A DNA stretch of 64,000 bases from NCBI RefSeq assembly GCF_026571515.1, contig NW_026857024.1, positions 62,001 to 126,000 of the forward strand, in the 5' to 3' direction. The DNA is from Ruditapes philippinarum. Taxonomy: Eukaryota. The notes under the pieces are model-generated. The model saw nothing but the letters and a program-made list of their open reading frames with translations. It was not told where the DNA came from and searched no databases. The translations under genes and the position numbers were made by a program. Below, piece after piece: positions 13,407-24,585 of the stretch (positions are counted from its first letter, which is position 1; every line of letters begins with the position of its first letter).

Positions 13407-16400
13407 GTCAATTTATGATAAACATAAAAAACTAGCATTTTATCGAATGAATAAAATCTTAAGAAAGTATGAAATAACTGTTGATATAAAACTGAGTTGA
13501 AGGTTTTATAATGCGAAAAAGTGATACTTAATATATTTAACAACAGAATGTTAATATAAGTAAAATTGTAAAACAACGATAAAAAGGAAATTCAAATAAA
13601 ATAACCTTCTGTTCTGTCCACTAAAATACAGTGACTAAGTAAATATTTTATATTTTCACCACATTATTTCACGACCTTGAGGGTTTTATTATGCATTTAA
13701 CAGCCGGATATTATTTTCGATAATTAATTTTATTGGAAACTATAGGTTGTTTGACCAAACACATCAACATTAGAAGGAGAATGTCTGACTTTGAATAATT
13801 CTTTCTATACAGACGTTTGAAATTCCAGTCCTTTTTTCCGGCGGCATCTTAAGTCATTGTAACAATAATATTGACCAAGTCATCAAACGACCCTGATTAA
13901 TGTTTCTTTTTTATATATTTAAAAAGTATCTCAATAATCAGGAAAAGTTAAGTACATTACTTTGCACATTTTTCAAACCACGAATACTCCCGACCTGTGA
14001 TACTTTACTTACTGAAGAAGTTAACATTATTCAAGCAAAACTGGACAATGTTATGATTTAGACAATCTTATACAATTTAAGGTTAATCCGTTGTGTAATA
14101 TAATGTAGATAATTATTGTGATTGCATAATTTATAAAGTTAGAGAAAAAAGAAGACGTCTTGCTTCGTTATCATTTTAATATGATTTGTGTTTCCACAAT
14201 TATGAATTAAGCAATAAAACAATTTATTTTGGCTCGCTAACATTTGAATATTATATGAATATGGAATGTGACTTATATTTGATAAATTTCAATCATTATA
14301 TTGTGTATGATGATGTACATTTATAAAGTCTAAAAACACTTCTGTTCTGTAATTCTTCACACAATCATGGTTATATTCTATGTATGTTTCTCATTCACAT
14401 TATAGAGCATTTGTTTCGCCACGTTTTGATATGGACCATACACTTTTAGAATGCACACTTTAAACAGATCATGAAATTGCATTGAACTAGTGTCAAGAAT
14501 GCCAGAAAACAAAAGGTGTTGTAAGAATTTTTAATAAAAAACAGAAGTTAATAGTTAAATATTTAGAATACAAAGTCTAATCGTGGCTGTCTGGGTGAAA
14601 GATCTGTAAATATTATAAATAAAAGTGGAAGATGAAAAAGTTTTGAATAATGAATGAAGTTACCGATTTAACTGCAAATGTAATTTAACTTACTGGAAAT
14701 AGAATTATCGTTATATTTTACTGCCAAAAGTCGTCCAACATTCAAGCATCACTTTCTAACATGCTAGACACGAAATCATTACGAATCTCAGACCTAAACT
14801 GATTACAAAATAGACCAAAGCTGATTAGATGTTGATCAATAATATTCTGAACAAAATTCCAGGCATGTACTGAATCTGAAGAAATATTGGTTTTCTATTT
14901 TTATGTTGTTGTTTTTTTTGTCGCAGATGGATCCTTAAATTCGTACAAAAACGCTTGTTTGTTTTTCATTTTGTTATGTATAGTTAAAGTACATATGCAA
15001 GGTGTTCCTTTTAAATTGATGTTCCGCGTATGTCTGCCTTTTTTGTTTTTGTTTACTTTTCTGCAACTCTGCACGATTTCATTATAAGCTAAGTGTGTAT
15101 AAGTGAATTCCTGATGCTTTGCTTGAAACTTAACTAGAGGGTTTTAATCAGAAATTACGTTGAAATAATGAAATTACCATTATCTCTCGGAAAAAAACTC
15201 TACAAAAAAACTAAACACGCAAGTTATGATCATACCGAAAAAAGATTTTGAATGTCAAATCATTTTACGTTACAAATTGTATAATATAGCATAAAATACA
15301 AGTATAATGATTGTGGGGTATTCCTAAGAATTCTTTTACGTAAATATAATCTAATATGCGTCTAAGAAAGCAAATACATGTTTTAATTTATAGGAATATT
15401 TCATATTAGCTGTGTGTAAATAGCTCAAATTGGCCCATTAACACTTTGCTATCTACAACGTACTACTGTCTGTTTTAAACGTTTTAAATTGGCAATGTTT
15501 ACCATTGTCTTATCTACAGCGCGTACAACTGCATATTTCAAATTATCAGCAGATGGCACTCAGATATTTGTTGTTATCAACAAAGATACATACTTTATAA
15601 TATCATTTTTGTAGATCAAATGGTATCAAACAGTGTCTTTATACCTAAGAATTAGTATCACGATAGACACATTACTTCAATTAGTAAGTCAAATAAGGTT
15701 ATAAAGATGTGAAAAATAATACTTATACCAAACTTTAGCCTTTCATTTAACATCAGTTACTCGTTGTTAGTCATGCTATGGATGTTCCAACTGTATATCA
15801 TCATGTTTTGTGTTAGGTCACTCAAAACTTTACTCCAGCGTTGGTAGAATTCCTGGTTCACTTTGGTATAGTTTATGGAAATTAAATTTGTTTTTAAATG
15901 TGAACAAAAAACTTTATTTTTTATTTTCAATGAAGATTCAAGGCACAATAATCCTTGTTTTAATATGTTAAGCTAGCATACGGATAGAGCAATCCATTGG
16001 ATAGCTGGATATATAACATTATGGACTACTTTATTATTTGCCATTTCTGGGATAAAGTTGTAGAAGTTGAATCTTTTTAACGCAAATTATATCATGTCAA
16101 AATAACGTTTGTTATTGAAATATTGCTTCATTTGTTCCAAATGACGGATCAATTTACAAAAACATGTGCTAATCCGACTTGGGTCGTGCAACATTTACTA
16201 TCTATGCACGCACATTTGTTTCATATATGATTGAAAAATAAAATATAGGCGGACATTTTTTTGTGTGTTTTCAGTTATAAATTTTGTGTGTTTTCAGTTA
16301 TAAATGATAGACAGTTTGAGTTGTGAGTTACTCAATGGTAACCTGATGTCACACCTCTGGGTACTCCAGGCCATTGTCGTATTATGCATTGTGGGCCGAA

Positions 16401-16922
16401 AGGTTAGTTGATTTATGTTTGAAATAAAAAAACAAAATTTGATATAAGGTTTTAGTTATCATAAGTAGCAATTTTAATGACCGTACTTGTATTAGATATT
16501 CGTAGTTTATAAAAATATACATTTTAAGTAAACAAGTAAACATTAAGATGGCAGATGAGGACATTTTAATTCTTAAACATAAAAACAGTAGATTATGCAT
16601 GTTTATTTGGTATGATTACGAATAAGATATGACATATACCAATCGTGTATGTCTATCTTTTCGGCATAATTTTTCCTTCCTTCGAAAACGCACAAGGCGC
16701 TCTTAATCTTTACTATGACTACGGTCGTATGAAAAAATCTGCGTATCTTTCTACATTCCAAATGTTCATTTATAAATATTAATTTCTTCTTTATCCGATG
16801 CAAGCGGACGCGGTCGGTAGCTTGCATTGGCTGTTTTAGGTGTTCTTTAAGGTTTAATTATTTTCTATTTTATATTACGTGTGATTGTAAAATATACTTT
16901 AAAGTGTATTTCTTTTATATAG

Positions 16923-17081
16923 GTAATGTGTTCAGGAATGTTTGAAGTATCCCTATTAAAACTGAACAATAATAGAGGTGTTACACACAATGAACAATGC
17001 TGCAAAGGGCCGTCTACGTATTCACCATGCTCTGGTGAATGTGACACATTCCTCACTGTATGTCTAATGAATTATGTTCAG
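16923..17081 (+). CDS. Delta: Delta-like ligand exon 2 (C2/MNNL domain)
   Basis: tag|gta...cag|gtaagc. Encodes VMCSGMFEVSLLKLNNNRGVTHNEQCCKG...CDTFLTVCLMNYVQ, typical of Notch-ligand N-termini. Confidence 0.93.
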
Positions 17082-17411
17082 GTAAGCGTGTGCAATATAT
17101 ACAAACTGTTTAACTACTTGTTCATGAATCCAATTAAAATGACATTTTATTTAGCCATGGTATATTATATTTAGATAAGGCTGATCCTAAAGACAAAATC
17201 TTCAAGTAATTTGAAAGCTATAACTTTGTTGAAAGAACAGACGTCTCGCATGGGAATCATGTCTAATTTTGTTGTTGCCTTTTTTAACGCTTAAGAAACA
17301 CATGGTTATAATTTTGCAGTACGTAATTAATGATCAACATCAAACCTATATTCAAGAATATGTATGAATTTGTTATGATATGAAACTAGAAAAGAAATCA
17401 TTATTTTACAG

Positions 17412-17543
17412 TCAATGCCATCACCCCGCTCATGCACATATGGCTCTGCGACGACGTCACTTCTTGGTGGAAATGATATATCTCAAGATCAAATCCCCGA
17501 CGATGATAAAATTATCAAAATTCCAATCGACTTCGCATGGCCA
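17412..17543 (+). CDS. Delta: Delta-like ligand exon 3 (C2/MNNL domain)
   Basis: cag|tca...cca|gtaagt. Encodes SMPSPRSCTYGSATTSLLGGN...IKIPIDFAWP. Confidence 0.93.
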
Positions 17544-18386
17544 GTAAGTGACTTTATCACAATAAATTATATGATCTGTTCTACAAGTGTATTTATGTTC
17601 ACGTTAAACGAAAAATTATACATCTCAATAACAGATACATAAAAATGGGGTTACCAAAAAAAACCCCTAAAAAGCACGTACAAACTAATGTTAACTGGGA
17701 TATTAACCAGATTAATAATAGATACATGAAATGGGGTTACCAAACACCTTTAAAAAAGGATATTAGTCAACCAGGTATACGTTAAGACATAAGAATGTAA
17801 TTAAAGTAAACTAAAAATTTTAAAAATGAAAAAAATCTTCACTTTCAACATATCTTCATATTAAACGTTTTACAATGAATTTAAATAATAAAAATTATAA
17901 GGATTTGTCATCGCTCAACTCATTGGTGAGATATCTAAATCTAATGTATGCACCTCAGTTAAAAATATGATATTGTGTTAGAAATGAATGCAGGAACTAC
18001 TTTTGCTAATATTGGATGAATCATATTAAATTATACTGGCATAATATTATTTTTATTAACGGATTCATAAGTTTTATTTATTCATTTGTAATAAATAACA
18101 TCACTTCCTCTGTCTCCTTTAAGTGCGCTCTTGCACTCCAAATGTTGTCCAGTTCTTGTTTGGTGCCCAATGTACTCCTTGCGTGACTTAAAAGTTTGGT
18201 GGCTGCGAAAATCACTCACCCTTCTTGATATTTACAATAATATAAATTGCCCTGTAAGGTAAAGGTGAAACCAAAATATTTCTTTTCTACGTACATCTAA
18301 AACAAAAATAAATTGCCAATGATCCATTGTTGCAAGTTAATTATATTATTTCGGTTTCGATAAAGCTTATCATGTTATATTTTCAG

Positions 18387-18447
18387 GGTAAATTCACATT
18401 GATTGTTGAGTCATGGCATGCACTAAGAGGAGAAATTAAAGTAAAAG
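18387..18447 (+). CDS. Delta: Delta-like ligand exon 4
   Basis: cag|ggt...g|gtatga. Encodes GKFTLIVESWHALRGEIKVK, resembling the conserved GTFSLIIEAWH motif. Confidence 0.92.
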
Positions 18448-18619
18448 GTATGATAATATCTGTAACAATACATTTTCTGTCTTTGGGCTGAAGTAAAAAC
18501 TGGAAAATATTGCTGCCATAGTCACCAATTTCCCCTATTTGTTTGAGAGCAATTTTGAAAAATAAAATACTTTGTTGTCGTTACTTGATGATAATTCTGT
18601 GTAATATATTCATTTACAG

Positions 18620-18874
18620 ATTCTAACCAGCTGATCATACAGTCATTTATATCTACCACGTTAAAACCAACTACAAAGTGGTCAATGGACACAACAATAA
18701 CACCAACATCCGAACAGAGGATTCAGTATCGTCTTGTATGTGGCAGACATTATTATGGAAACGGATGTGATGTTTTATGTAGACCACGTGATGATCAATT
18801 TGGACATTTTACTTGTAGCACAAATGGAACAAAAATATGCAATCATGGATGGAAAGGACATTTCTGTGACGAAC
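18620..18874 (+). CDS. Delta: Delta-like ligand exon 5 (DSL domain)
   Basis: cag|at...c|gttagt. Encodes ...YRLVCGRHYYGNGCDVLCRPRDDQFGHFTCSTNGTKICNHGWKGHFCDE, an intact DSL consensus. Confidence 0.96.
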
Positions 18875-19039
18875 GTTAGTATATTTTTATTCTAAATTTA
18901 CTTATAAAGTCTATCACAGGCAATAAAATTCTTATTTATCAGATTATCATTTATTATTCTTACATTAAATGACACTTAGTTTAAACCAATATTCGCTTAG
19001 TCAAATGCACCAATAAGCTTATTTCCATTACTTTTCCAG

Positions 19040-19100
19040 CATACTGTAGCGAAGAATGTTTTAAAAATGAGGGACGATGTGATCGACCTTTTCAGTGCAG
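19040..19100 (+). CDS. Delta: Delta-like ligand exon 6 (EGF1, DOS region)
   Basis: cag|ca...ag|gtatgt. Encodes PYCSEECFKNEGRCDRPFQCR. Confidence 0.93.
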
Positions 19101-20008
19101 GTATGTCATAAAATTTAAATTAATTAAAATCTGCATCAATTGCTTATGTTTAAAAATATCAAATTTGTTTTTAAACCGCAGATAACAAATATTTTTCTCA
19201 TCGATATATTGTGAAACTCATTTGGTGTTCTTACATTTTACCAAGAAGTTTTGGTTCTGTAAATATTGCTAACTGTTGTTTTATTTAGTGTTATGATACA
19301 CATGTACCAGCTCTTTGACTATTGTTTCTTAAGCATACACAAGGTTGTTTAAATGATCTTAGTAATGTTTTCGGATGTTGGCTCTTATCGTGATGCCTTC
19401 AATTAAACCAAAGTCATATGATCACTCTTGGTATTATTTTGATGACCTTTTAGTAAATACCATAACTATCTAAGTGATGTAAAAAACACTATATCTATAC
19501 ATCTTACAGTGAAATGGTCTATAATGGAAGGTCTATAATACACTGAATGATTATATATGATTAATATTTAGTATTATACCATCGTCGGATACCATCGGTT
19601 GATTAATGTTAATGGTTCGGACTTGGGACATTATTACGAACTTCTTAAAAGTCATACATTAAAGTTGTTGGCAAGTGTGAAGTGATATTTCATATATTTA
19701 AATTTATATAACGGATAATAAATTGTTCTAGAACAAAATATTATTATTGATCATATAAATGTTTATTCTACATCAATAAGAACTTGAACTTCATCAACAT
19801 TTTTATGCATAATTTCAAAAGAATATCCAAATGACACTTTACTATTGATTTGATCAGTATTTGAAATATTTATGTGAAATGAATCCATTGTAGAAAAACC
19901 ACTTTGAGCACACTATGTTAAATATACAATAACCGTTATTCTGAGACAAATATTCATATACTCAACTGAAAATAATTATAAAAAAGCATTGTATCATTTA
20001 TTTCGCAG

Positions 20009-20139
20009 ATGTAAACTGGGTTGGCAAGGAAAGAACTGTGAAGAATGCAGACCGCATACCGGATGTCTCCGAGGATTTTGTCACCAACCATACCAATGTA
20101 TTTGTGAAGACGGTTGGGACGGACGTTTGTGTGACATAG
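20009..20139 (+). CDS. Delta: Delta-like ligand exon 7 (EGF1-2)
   Basis: cag|a...g|gtatac. Encodes CKLGWQGKNCEECRPHTGCLRGFCHQPYQCICEDGWDGRLCDI. Confidence 0.95.
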
Positions 20140-20413
20140 GTATACGCCCACATACGAATTTATTAAAATGAATTATTATATTTATGTTTTGCATACATAA
20201 ACAGCAAAGTTTGTGCTGAATTTGCTTTTCAGCAATTGGTATTAATGAATCACAAAATATAACGGATTGTTATGTAGAAGTTAAAATAAATAACTATATA
20301 TATTCTTAAACAAGTACTGTTTTTCATATAACTGTATTTTGTTACAAAGTAATGCATTTTAATTTTTTTAAACATTATACCTTGTTGAATAAAAGCTGAA
20401 TAACTCTTTTCAG

Positions 20414-20577
20414 ATTTGAATTACTGCACAAAAACTCAGCCTTGTTTAAACGGAGGTACGTGTATTCCAGACCTGTTAGGCAACTACACATGCTTATGTG
20501 CACCTGGATTTGGAGGAAAGAACTGTATGAATCCATTGTGTTTTGATGAGTATTGTAAAAATGGAGGATCCTGTCTG
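20414..20577 (+). CDS. Delta: Delta-like ligand exon 8 (EGF3-4)
   Basis: cag|at...ctg|gtaaat. Encodes DLNYCTKTQPCLNGGTC...YCKNGGSCL. Confidence 0.95.
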
Positions 20578-20956
20578 GTAAATACATATTGTTATTACGT
20601 TGATAAAAATCAGTGTCAGTTTATTTAAAGAGATTGCACATGTTTATTTCTATATAATCTGACTATTCATTGAATTTTCTTGAAAAAGAAAACCCTCCTA
20701 TTGTAAAGTAGAGAAATCAAAACTCGCCAGTTGAACACTTGCTTTAAATCTATATCTATATTAATTTTCTAAAATAGTCCTGGCATTTGAGTATGCAGAA
20801 TGAAATCACTTAAATATTAGTAATATATCTTATGATTATTTCGATGCACCAGAACAATATAGGTTATAGAAAAAAATGAATAATAAAAATGAAATATATT
20901 ATTAGATTTTACTCGTATATTATTTAAACTGTAATATTATTACATAATATTTACAG

Positions 20957-21170
20957 ACAAGAGGTGGGTTAAGAGAATGTCAGTGTGCAGAAACGTTCTA
21001 CGGCCAACAATGTGAAAACAAGATTTTATCATGCATGGAGGTCCAGTGCTTAAATGGTGGAGTTTGCAGAACTGGGGAGCTCGGAGGATACTGTAGTTGT
21101 CCAGAGAAATTTACGGGAAACAGATGCGAACATAGAATCAATCCGTGTTCTTATCACCCATGCGAAAATG
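20957..21170 (+). CDS. Delta: Delta-like ligand exon 9 (EGF4-6)
   Basis: cag|aca...g|gtactt. Encodes TRGGLRECQCAETFYGQQCE...CLNGGVC...CSCPEKFTGNRCEHRINPCSYHPCEN. This exon is not in the ORF track. Confidence 0.93.
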
Positions 21171-21590
21171 GTACTTGCTTATAAGATATTATATTATTAT
21201 AAAATTATATAAATTAAATTATTAAAACTTTTTTTATTGTTTTAAAAGGAATCGAAGTGATCATTTTCTCGCATATATATGCTTTTTTCTGCTTAAAACA
21301 CTGACTTTGTTTCTGAACCCAAATTCGTGAAGCTACAACAATAAATATGGATTTTCGAAAGACGTTTTTAAAATAGTTCCAAGTAAAATGTGGTATAAGT
21401 CGCATAAAATAATTGCACACCTAGTAAATCCGTAACAAAGGAATGCGAAAATAAAGGAATGGTACAAAAGTAACGCCAAATTTGTGCAATATATTACACG
21501 TTACTGTTTTCTTTAAAATAAAAAAAACTAATTATTTAGGTACTTGTATACAAGAAACAAACTTTATTACCATATATCTTTTTATTTAAG

Positions 21591-22213
21591 GAGGAGAGTG
21601 TAGAGAAAATATAAAATCTTCCTTGGGTTATAAATGCATTTGTCCACCCGGATCTGGAGGTGTCCATTGCTCCATATCCATAGACCCATGTGCTGGTATA
21701 ATGTGCTTTCACGATGGGCTGTGTAAATATAAAGATGGCGACAACAGACCAAAATGTGCTTGCAAAAATGGGTATCACGGCGAATACTGTGAAATAATAC
21801 AAGATCCATGTGCTGGAGTAAAATGTAAAAATTCAGGCACTTGCAAGCCGTCCCCAATGGGAAATGGATTTTTGTGCCATTGTGCCAGGGGTTACCATGG
21901 GGAAGTTTGTGAACTTGAAATTAACCAATGTGATAGTTCTCCATGTAAAAATGGCGGATTGTGTAAAAACTATATTTCAACATTTCACTGCATTTGTCCT
22001 GAAAATGTTTCTGGTAAATATTGTGAAAAAAGAAAGCACGAAAACAAACATGAACGTACATCATCGACACAGAATGATGGAACAGCTGACCATACAGCTG
22101 TAGGCAAAGACAACTCTGATAAAAGTAAAAACATAATTAGTGGTTCAAACCGTTTTCATTCGGCAACATTACAGAGCTACATTTTTCTTGCAATATTATT
22201 TTTCTTGGTGTGA
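21591..22213 (+). CDS. Delta: Delta-like ligand terminal exon 10 (EGF6-9, linker, hydrophobic C-terminus)
   Basis: aag|ga gga gag tgt, open to TGA at 22211-22213. Summed exon length from 13314 is 1893 nt (630 aa + stop) with all splice phases compatible. Confidence 0.95.
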
Positions 22214-22295
22214 AACGTTATCAGATCTCTTTTACTTGGTCAATAATTTTGTTTGTTATGTTTACTTGTGATAAATGTTTAATGTAATATATAAT

Positions 22296-22301
22296 AATAA
22301 A
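22296..22301 (+). terminator. Probable polyadenylation signal of the Delta-like gene
   Basis: AATAAA ~80 nt after the stop codon, followed by T/GT-rich sequence. Confidence 0.55.
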
Positions 22302-23354
22302 TGAACACAAATTGTGATTAATTTGTTTATTATATCATTAATGAAATATGGAAAGTCGTTTTGTACTTTTCCTCATGTTACTGAGAAAGAAGCTTTTGAT
22401 TTTATAACAATTGTCTATTTAAAAACTATATCCAGTAAACATATCTTCCGATTAATGATACAATGCAACTGCTGAAAGCCGGAGATCCCAAAGAGTAGTA
22501 ATGAATAAAACAGGACATTATTCCTATTAGTACTAAAAAGCTACCTATGCACTGGCTATTACTGAAATATTACTGAACGAAACGTTTGATGCCTTTTTCT
22601 AAATCAATACAGGATCAGGCGATCTTGTTCTCTGATTGACTTACTTGCTATACTAAAAACTGGAGTCCGATTAAAAGGTCAGGTTTTAGCATTATGTTAC
22701 TGTAGAGTACACACACACGCTGTCATTTCAGTTTGCTGATTAGTAGATTTCTAAATTGATCTTAATTACAATTTATCTTAATTACGTTAGTTTTATATGA
22801 CATTCTGTTGCCAATTTGAATTTACAAGTCGTATGTGCTGGTAACTAAATGAATGTGCTGCAAGTTTAAATGGCTAATGAACAATAAATCAAATCGAATT
22901 GTACTGAACTGATAAACAAGCTCACCATTTAGCTATAGCACATTTGATCTATAACCATTAACATGTAATTGCTTTAGCATAAGAATAAAGTCAGGCTTTT
23001 TAATATTCTGTTTTCTAAATAATTAATAATTCTCTTATTCTGTTTTCTGAATAATATATAGTTTCCACATCCCCAACATTGGTAAAAAAACATTAATTTT
23101 CAAAGAAAAAAAAAGAAGAAAAAAAGCAAAAAAGTAAAAATATAAATTGTATGTAACAAAAGAAAAAAATGAAATAGAAAAAGGTAGCTGTATGGACAAG
23201 TCAATTTAAGAAATTCAGCAGGAAAAGTTGAAAGTTTAACTTTATCTTCATAATGCAATAACAAATATTTGTTATATTATTCATCTGTCAATTGTTCAAT
23301 ATACAATGCATCGAAATAAATGCATAAATAGCTATAAATACATACATGTATAAG

Positions 23355-23880
23355 AATCTGGAAAAAGCTGATCCCTTGAAATATAAATCACAACAAAAAA
23401 CAACATGCAAATTGCAGACTCGGTTTAATTGAGTCTGTACATGACGAATAATGAAAAATAAATCACTAGCACTGTCTTGATCGGTACACCATTTTCAACA
23501 CCTAAATCAATGACCCCGAAGGACCAGAAACATATAGCAAAACTGAAGTGAAGTACAAAATATGATAAACAAGATCGACAAGGAAAGGCGGCGTTCAATG
23601 AACGCAGCCCCCACCCGACTCAGTAACAAGCGTCAGTGGCAAGGAGCCCAGGAGGACCCCAAACAAAAATAGGACAGGGCATAAGGCAGAGCACGGGCAG
23701 GCAAACCACTACATAAGATTAAATAATTACCATTACCATTGGTAAATAATAAACAAGGCAACTTTTTTTCAGCTGCAACACGACACTTGACACCTGCTGT
23801 TGTGGGCTATAGAAATCTGGAAAAAGGTTATCTCTCGGAAGCATTTATCACAACAAAATTAATAAAAATTGCAGTCTCGT
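23355..23880 (-). mobile_element. Family B short element (partial tandem) with a family A element inserted at 23557-23710
   Basis: Colinear with 43079-43389, but interrupted at gaagtac|ggcaact by the A sequence aaaatatgataaacaagatc...aaaccact. The unit start is repeated from 23813. Confidence 0.8.
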
Positions 23881-24360
23881 AAAAAAGAGAAGAACGGAAC
23901 CCGTTCAAAGCTTTACCTGAGCGCCTAACAAATGGATAATTTATTATCTTTATCACGGGCATACGTTAAATCCATAGAATTCGATGGAATAAATGTGAAA
24001 ATCGTAATAGAATTGTTGATAATAGCATGCTTTTTTTATAGCAGTGCAATGCAATGTTCAACGCCTAGATTATTATATAGTTCAAGGATTCATTATGCAC
24101 TGGTATCACATCTTTTTCACGATTACACATTTAAGAAACCACCTGTAAGACAATATATGAGAACAAAGCTCAACCAGGACCGAATACCTGTTATTCACAT
24201 TCCATCACTAAAACACTAAACTTCCATTAATGATAAAGTCTTGTTTTAACATTGGTAACCGTCATACATTTTCTTTTGCTTCTTTAAATTGTGTTTAAAC
24301 ATCACTTTATATCAATGCTATTGCACTACTATGTGAATCTATATAAAATTAACATTCTAA

Positions 24361-24585
24361 AGGGGCTTCCGATGCCAAGGTCATTGACTTCAACCACTAG
24401 CCTCTCTTCGCTATATGTTCGAATTCGCCAGAGGTTTTCGAGTTTTTCATGTGCTATCCAGCTAGCTGGCTCTACTCAGGTGCACGTTCAGGTCTGATAT
24501 AATGCATTTAGACGCATCTGAGGTATTTTTCTATCAGTAAAACCTTTACAACGTTTACAGTGTTGGTGCGGCGTAAAACGACCCC
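24361..24585 (+). mobile_element. Degenerate tRNA-derived SINE (bivalve V-SINE-like)
   Basis: Head ggggcttccg..aaggtcattgacttcaaccactagcc..gttcgaat (A/B-box-like). Body ttcatgtg..atccagctag..ctctactcaggtgcac..ataatgca..gcatctgaggt. Tail gtgttggtgcggcgtaaaac. Confidence 0.7.

Noticed and set aside
8851-16827. Many 60-130 aa ORFs in the ORF track (e.g. 11071..11454, 13241..13576, 14887..15087)
   Set aside because: They are F/I/L/K/Y-rich products of AT-rich DNA, with no motifs or consistent splice structure. Several are antisense shadows of real exons.
16260-17745. Short direct repeats in Delta introns (23 bp at ~16260/16282; ~25 bp at ~17633/17720)
   Set aside because: These are ordinary local duplications with no further structure.
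18100-18230. GC-richer block in Delta intron 3 with open frames on the - strand
   Set aside because: There is no recognisable motif and no start or splice support. Exons 3 and 4 join correctly without it.
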